Assembly: GCA_016432405.1 (NCBI GenBank)
Contig: CP066687.1
Span: 411,040-475,039, forward strand
Source: Candidatus Giovannonibacteria bacterium
GTDB taxonomy: Bacteria; Patescibacteriota; Minisyncoccia; UBA11713; 2-01-FULL-45-33
Direction of reading: 5' to 3'
Length of the DNA stretch: 64,000 nucleotides
Part shown: piece by piece, positions 61,881-64,000 of the stretch
Layout of the letters: the number at the start of each line of letters is the position of its first letter
Position numbering within the stretch: the first letter of the stretch is position 1
The notes under the pieces: generated by a model
Database searches by the model: none
What the model was told of the DNA's origin: nothing
Seen by the model: only the letters and a program-made list of their open reading frames with translations
Translations under genes and position numbers: made by a program

Positions 61881-62882
61881 TTATTTTTTTCTTTTTAAAA
61901 CCCTTTTAACCGCCTCTTTGATGTGCGAAACGCCCATGCCAAATGCTTCCACAAGTTCGTTTGGCGCGCCAGATTCTCCGAAGCGGTTCTGCACTCCGAT
62001 AAATTCCATCGGCACCGGACAATTTTTCGCCAAAACTTCCGCCACCGCCGAACCCATTCCTCCCTGAACCTGATGTTCTTCAACCGTCACCACCGCGCCC
62101 GCGTCTCTGGCGGCCTGAATAATAGTTTTTTCATCCATCGGTTTAATTGTGTGATTATTTATCACGCGGATTTTCAGCCCTTCTTTTTCCAAATCCGCCG
62201 CGGCTAAAATCGCGTTATACACCAAAGGACCACAAGCAACTATGCTCACGTCCAACTTCTCACTAGAGCCAAAGAGCACTTCGGCTCGTCCCACTTCAAA
62301 GGGCGACTCTATTGTAGTAAACACGGGCGTCTTTTCACGTGCGAAACGGAGATAAACCGGCCCATTTATGTCGACTGCCGCCATCGTTGCTTTTCTGGCC
62401 TCGTGCACATCGCACGGATTGATTACGGTCATATTCGGAATCGGCCGCATAAGAGCGATGTCTTCAATCGCCTGATGCGTCGCGCCGTCCGGCCCCACGG
62501 AAACCCCGGCATGCGATCCGGCAATTTTCACAGGAACATCATTGTAGCAAATCGTTGTCCGGATCTGCTCCCAGTTTCTCCCCGGAGAAAACATCGCGTA
62601 AGAAGAAATAAATGGAATCTTGCCGTAATTCGCGAGCCCCGCCGCAACGGTTGCCATATTCTGCTCGGCAACCCCCATCTCAATAAACCTTTGCGGAAAT
62701 TTCTTTGCGAACAGATGCATCTGCGTTGATTCGGTGAGGTCGGCGCAGAGCGCGACAACTTTTTCATTCGCCTCGCCGGCAGCCAAAAGCCCCTCGCCGT
62801 AACCCTTTCTCGTCGGCGCCTGTTCAATTGTTTTGAACTCCAGAATGTTCAGTACTAATTTTACTTTCGGATTTATCGGCAT
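61881..62882 (-). CDS. Transketolase, C-terminal subunit (split form)
   Basis: 333 aa. Pyrimidine-binding and C-terminal domains (EMGVAEQNMATVAAGLA...GPDGATHQAIEDIA). Confidence 0.85.
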   Translation of the reverse strand: MPINPKVKLVLNILEFKTIEQAPTRKGYGEGLLAAGEANEKVVALCADLTESTQMHLFAKKFPQRFIEMGVAEQNMATVAAGLANYGKIPFISSYAMFSPGRNWEQIRTTICYNDVPVKIAGSHAGVSVGPDGATHQAIEDIALMRPIPNMTVINPCDVHEARKATMAAVDINGPVYLRFAREKTPVFTTIESPFEVGRAEVLFGSSEKLDVSIVACGPLVYNAILAAADLEKEGLKIRVINNHTIKPMDEKTIIQAARDAGAVVTVEEHQVQGGMGSAVAEVLAKNCPVPMEFIGVQNRFGESGAPNELVEAFGMGVSHIKEAVKRVLKRKK

Positions 62883-62883
62883 A

Positions 62884-63744
62884 TTATTGGTGCTCGCTTT
62901 TTATTTTACCGCCCAGCGTGCGGAGCTCCGCTAAAAATTTCGCGGCCTGCTCTTTATTTGGCGGAATGCCGTGCCATTTGTAATCAAACTCAATTTCTTT
63001 AATCCCCTTTCCGGGAATATTGTGCGAAATTATAACCGTTGGCTTTTCATAGATTGCTTTGGCTTCCTCCACAGCGTTTACGATTTCTTCAAAATCGTGG
63101 CCGTTGATTTCCAAAACATGCCAGTTGAAAGCTTCATATTTTTCTTTGAGGGGCTCTAAAGGCATAATATCCTCGGTCATCCCGTCAATCTGAATGTTGT
63201 TGCGGTCAATTAAGGCGGTCAAATTGTCCAGCTTTAACTTGCCGGCAAGCATTGCGGCCTCCCATGTGTTTCCCGCTTCCTGCTCGCCGTCCGACATCAG
63301 GCAATAAACTTGATTTTTCTTTCCATCCATTTTAAACCCGATCGCCATGCCGACCGCCTGCGAAAGACCGCTGCCAAGCGGCCCCGAGGTTATTTCAATC
63401 CCGGGCAAAGAGCCGCGGTGCGGGTGCCCCTGAAGACGCGTACCGAATTTTCTTAAAGTTTTGAGTTCTGATATCGGAAAATACCCGGCGTGCGCCATCG
63501 CAGCATAGTGCACCGGGCAGATGTGCCCATTGGATAAAATCAGGTGGTCTCTTTCCTCCCAAAATGGATTTTTCGGGTCGTGGTTTAAAATATGAAAATA
63601 AAACGCGGTAAAAACATCCGCCATCCCCAAGGTACCGGCCGTATGCCCGCTCCCAGCTTCCAAAAGCATCTCAATAATCGACTGCCTCACAGCATTCGCC
63701 TTCTCCTCCAAAAATTTAATTTTTTCTTCGTGCAGATGAAACAT
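62884..63744 (-). CDS. Transketolase, N-terminal TPP-binding subunit (split form)
   Basis: 286 aa. GHTAGTLGMADV and TPP motif GDG-x-EGxxxE region (SDGEQEAGNTWEA). Confidence 0.85.
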   Translation of the reverse strand: MFHLHEEKIKFLEEKANAVRQSIIEMLLEAGSGHTAGTLGMADVFTAFYFHILNHDPKNPFWEERDHLILSNGHICPVHYAAMAHAGYFPISELKTLRKFGTRLQGHPHRGSLPGIEITSGPLGSGLSQAVGMAIGFKMDGKKNQVYCLMSDGEQEAGNTWEAAMLAGKLKLDNLTALIDRNNIQIDGMTEDIMPLEPLKEKYEAFNWHVLEINGHDFEEIVNAVEEAKAIYEKPTVIISHNIPGKGIKEIEFDYKWHGIPPNKEQAAKFLAELRTLGGKIKSEHQ

Positions 63745-64000
63745 TTTCTAGTTCTGCGATTGCTTTTTTAATATTTTTTGACTCAAAAATTGCTTTGCCG
63801 GCGACGAGCAGATTCGCACCTTCTTTTATCAGCCGCGCGGCGACGCGCTTGTTCACCCCGCCGTCAACTTCTATTATACACTTTTTGCAAAGCGAGCGGA
63901 TATGCCCTATTTTGTGGAGAATTTCTTCGCTAAACTCTTGCCCCGAGGGGCCGGGGGGCACAGCAAGCAATTGCAAAACCTCAACTTTTCCTAAGTAAGG
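63716..64000 (-). CDS. rpe: Ribulose-phosphate 3-epimerase, C-terminal part (gene continues beyond window end)
   Basis: IIEVDGGVN...ANLLVAGKAIF matches the Rpe C-terminal barrel strands. The N-terminus lies outside the window. Confidence 0.6.
   Translation of the reverse strand, partial: PYLGKVEVLQLLAVPPGPSGQEFSEEILHKIGHIRSLCKKCIIEVDGGVNKRVAARLIKEGANLLVAGKAIFESKNIKKAIAELENVSSARRKN

Noticed and set aside
1-64000. Alternative genetic code (UGA or other stop recoding), as occurs in some CPR lineages
   Set aside because: Long ORFs such as clpB (893 aa), lysS, the PBP and the 2381-aa giant protein read through cleanly with standard stops. Gene boundaries match homolog lengths under code 11.
1-64000. 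rRNA genes, tmRNA, RNase P RNA, riboswitches
   Set aside because: No stretch with recognisable rRNA signature sequences. The long intergenic regions (3894-4200, 34050-34356, 36770-36880) were inspected but show no conserved ncRNA motifs I can identify by eye. These are left uncalled.

Overview
Inference, not a database result: this 64-kb window reads like a small-genome bacterium, most likely a CPR/Patescibacteria-type organism. The cues are a short EF-Ts, a ProS lacking the INS editing domain, rpsP-KH-trmD without rimM, a split transketolase, and many surface or secreted repeat proteins.

Most genes sit on the minus strand and are core housekeeping genes with textbook synteny:
- dcw head: mraZ-rsmH-ftsL-like
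- lysS-greA
- mreB-mreC-mreD-PBP2
- proS, rseP-frr-holB-like, a second mreB, murA
- rpsP-KH-trmD
- clpB, htrA
- an Rrf2-nifS-nifU-ferredoxin-sod-nfu Fe-S/oxidative-stress cluster
- ndh
- tsf-rpsB, rpmE-prfA, rplY
- fba-pfkB-tktC-tktN-rpe

There are four tRNA genes (Trp-CCA, Thr-GGT, Tyr-GTA, Thr-TGT) and no rRNA or CRISPR.

Accessory and unusual content:
1. Three different HuH/Y1 REP-associated tyrosine transposase (RAYT) genes, each paired with its own palindromic REP family. At least six families of short palindromes are, remarkably, often inserted in-frame inside essential genes (murA, trmD, pcm, iscS, the RAYTs themselves, the giant protein), reminiscent of Rickettsia palindromic elements.
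2. A 2381-aa membrane-anchored giant protein with a cytoplasmic HTH, more than 12 copies of a GNVGIGTTSP fibre-like repeat (about 24-29 nt conserved between copies), a C-terminal phage-tailspike-type intramolecular-chaperone (S74-like) domain and an Ig-like tail. It lies next to a free HTH gene and a four-helix-bundle protein gene.
3. A mer locus (MerA with C-terminal vicinal Cys, a MerC-like transporter, and a novel CC/CCC-motif exported protein) lying between tRNA genes.
4. A RelE-type toxin-antitoxin pair plus an overlapping two-gene cassette of unknown function.
5. A tRNA-Trp-abutting gene at about 30% GC (versus roughly 50% for the window) encoding a membrane protein.
6. A modular Cys-rich secreted protein.
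7. A divergent LpxC-like protein.
8. A prfA 3'-end island with duplicated gene-end fragments.
9. Six perfect consensus DnaA boxes (TTATCCACA) in promoter or intergenic regions.

All calls are based on reading the sequence and translations. No searches were run.
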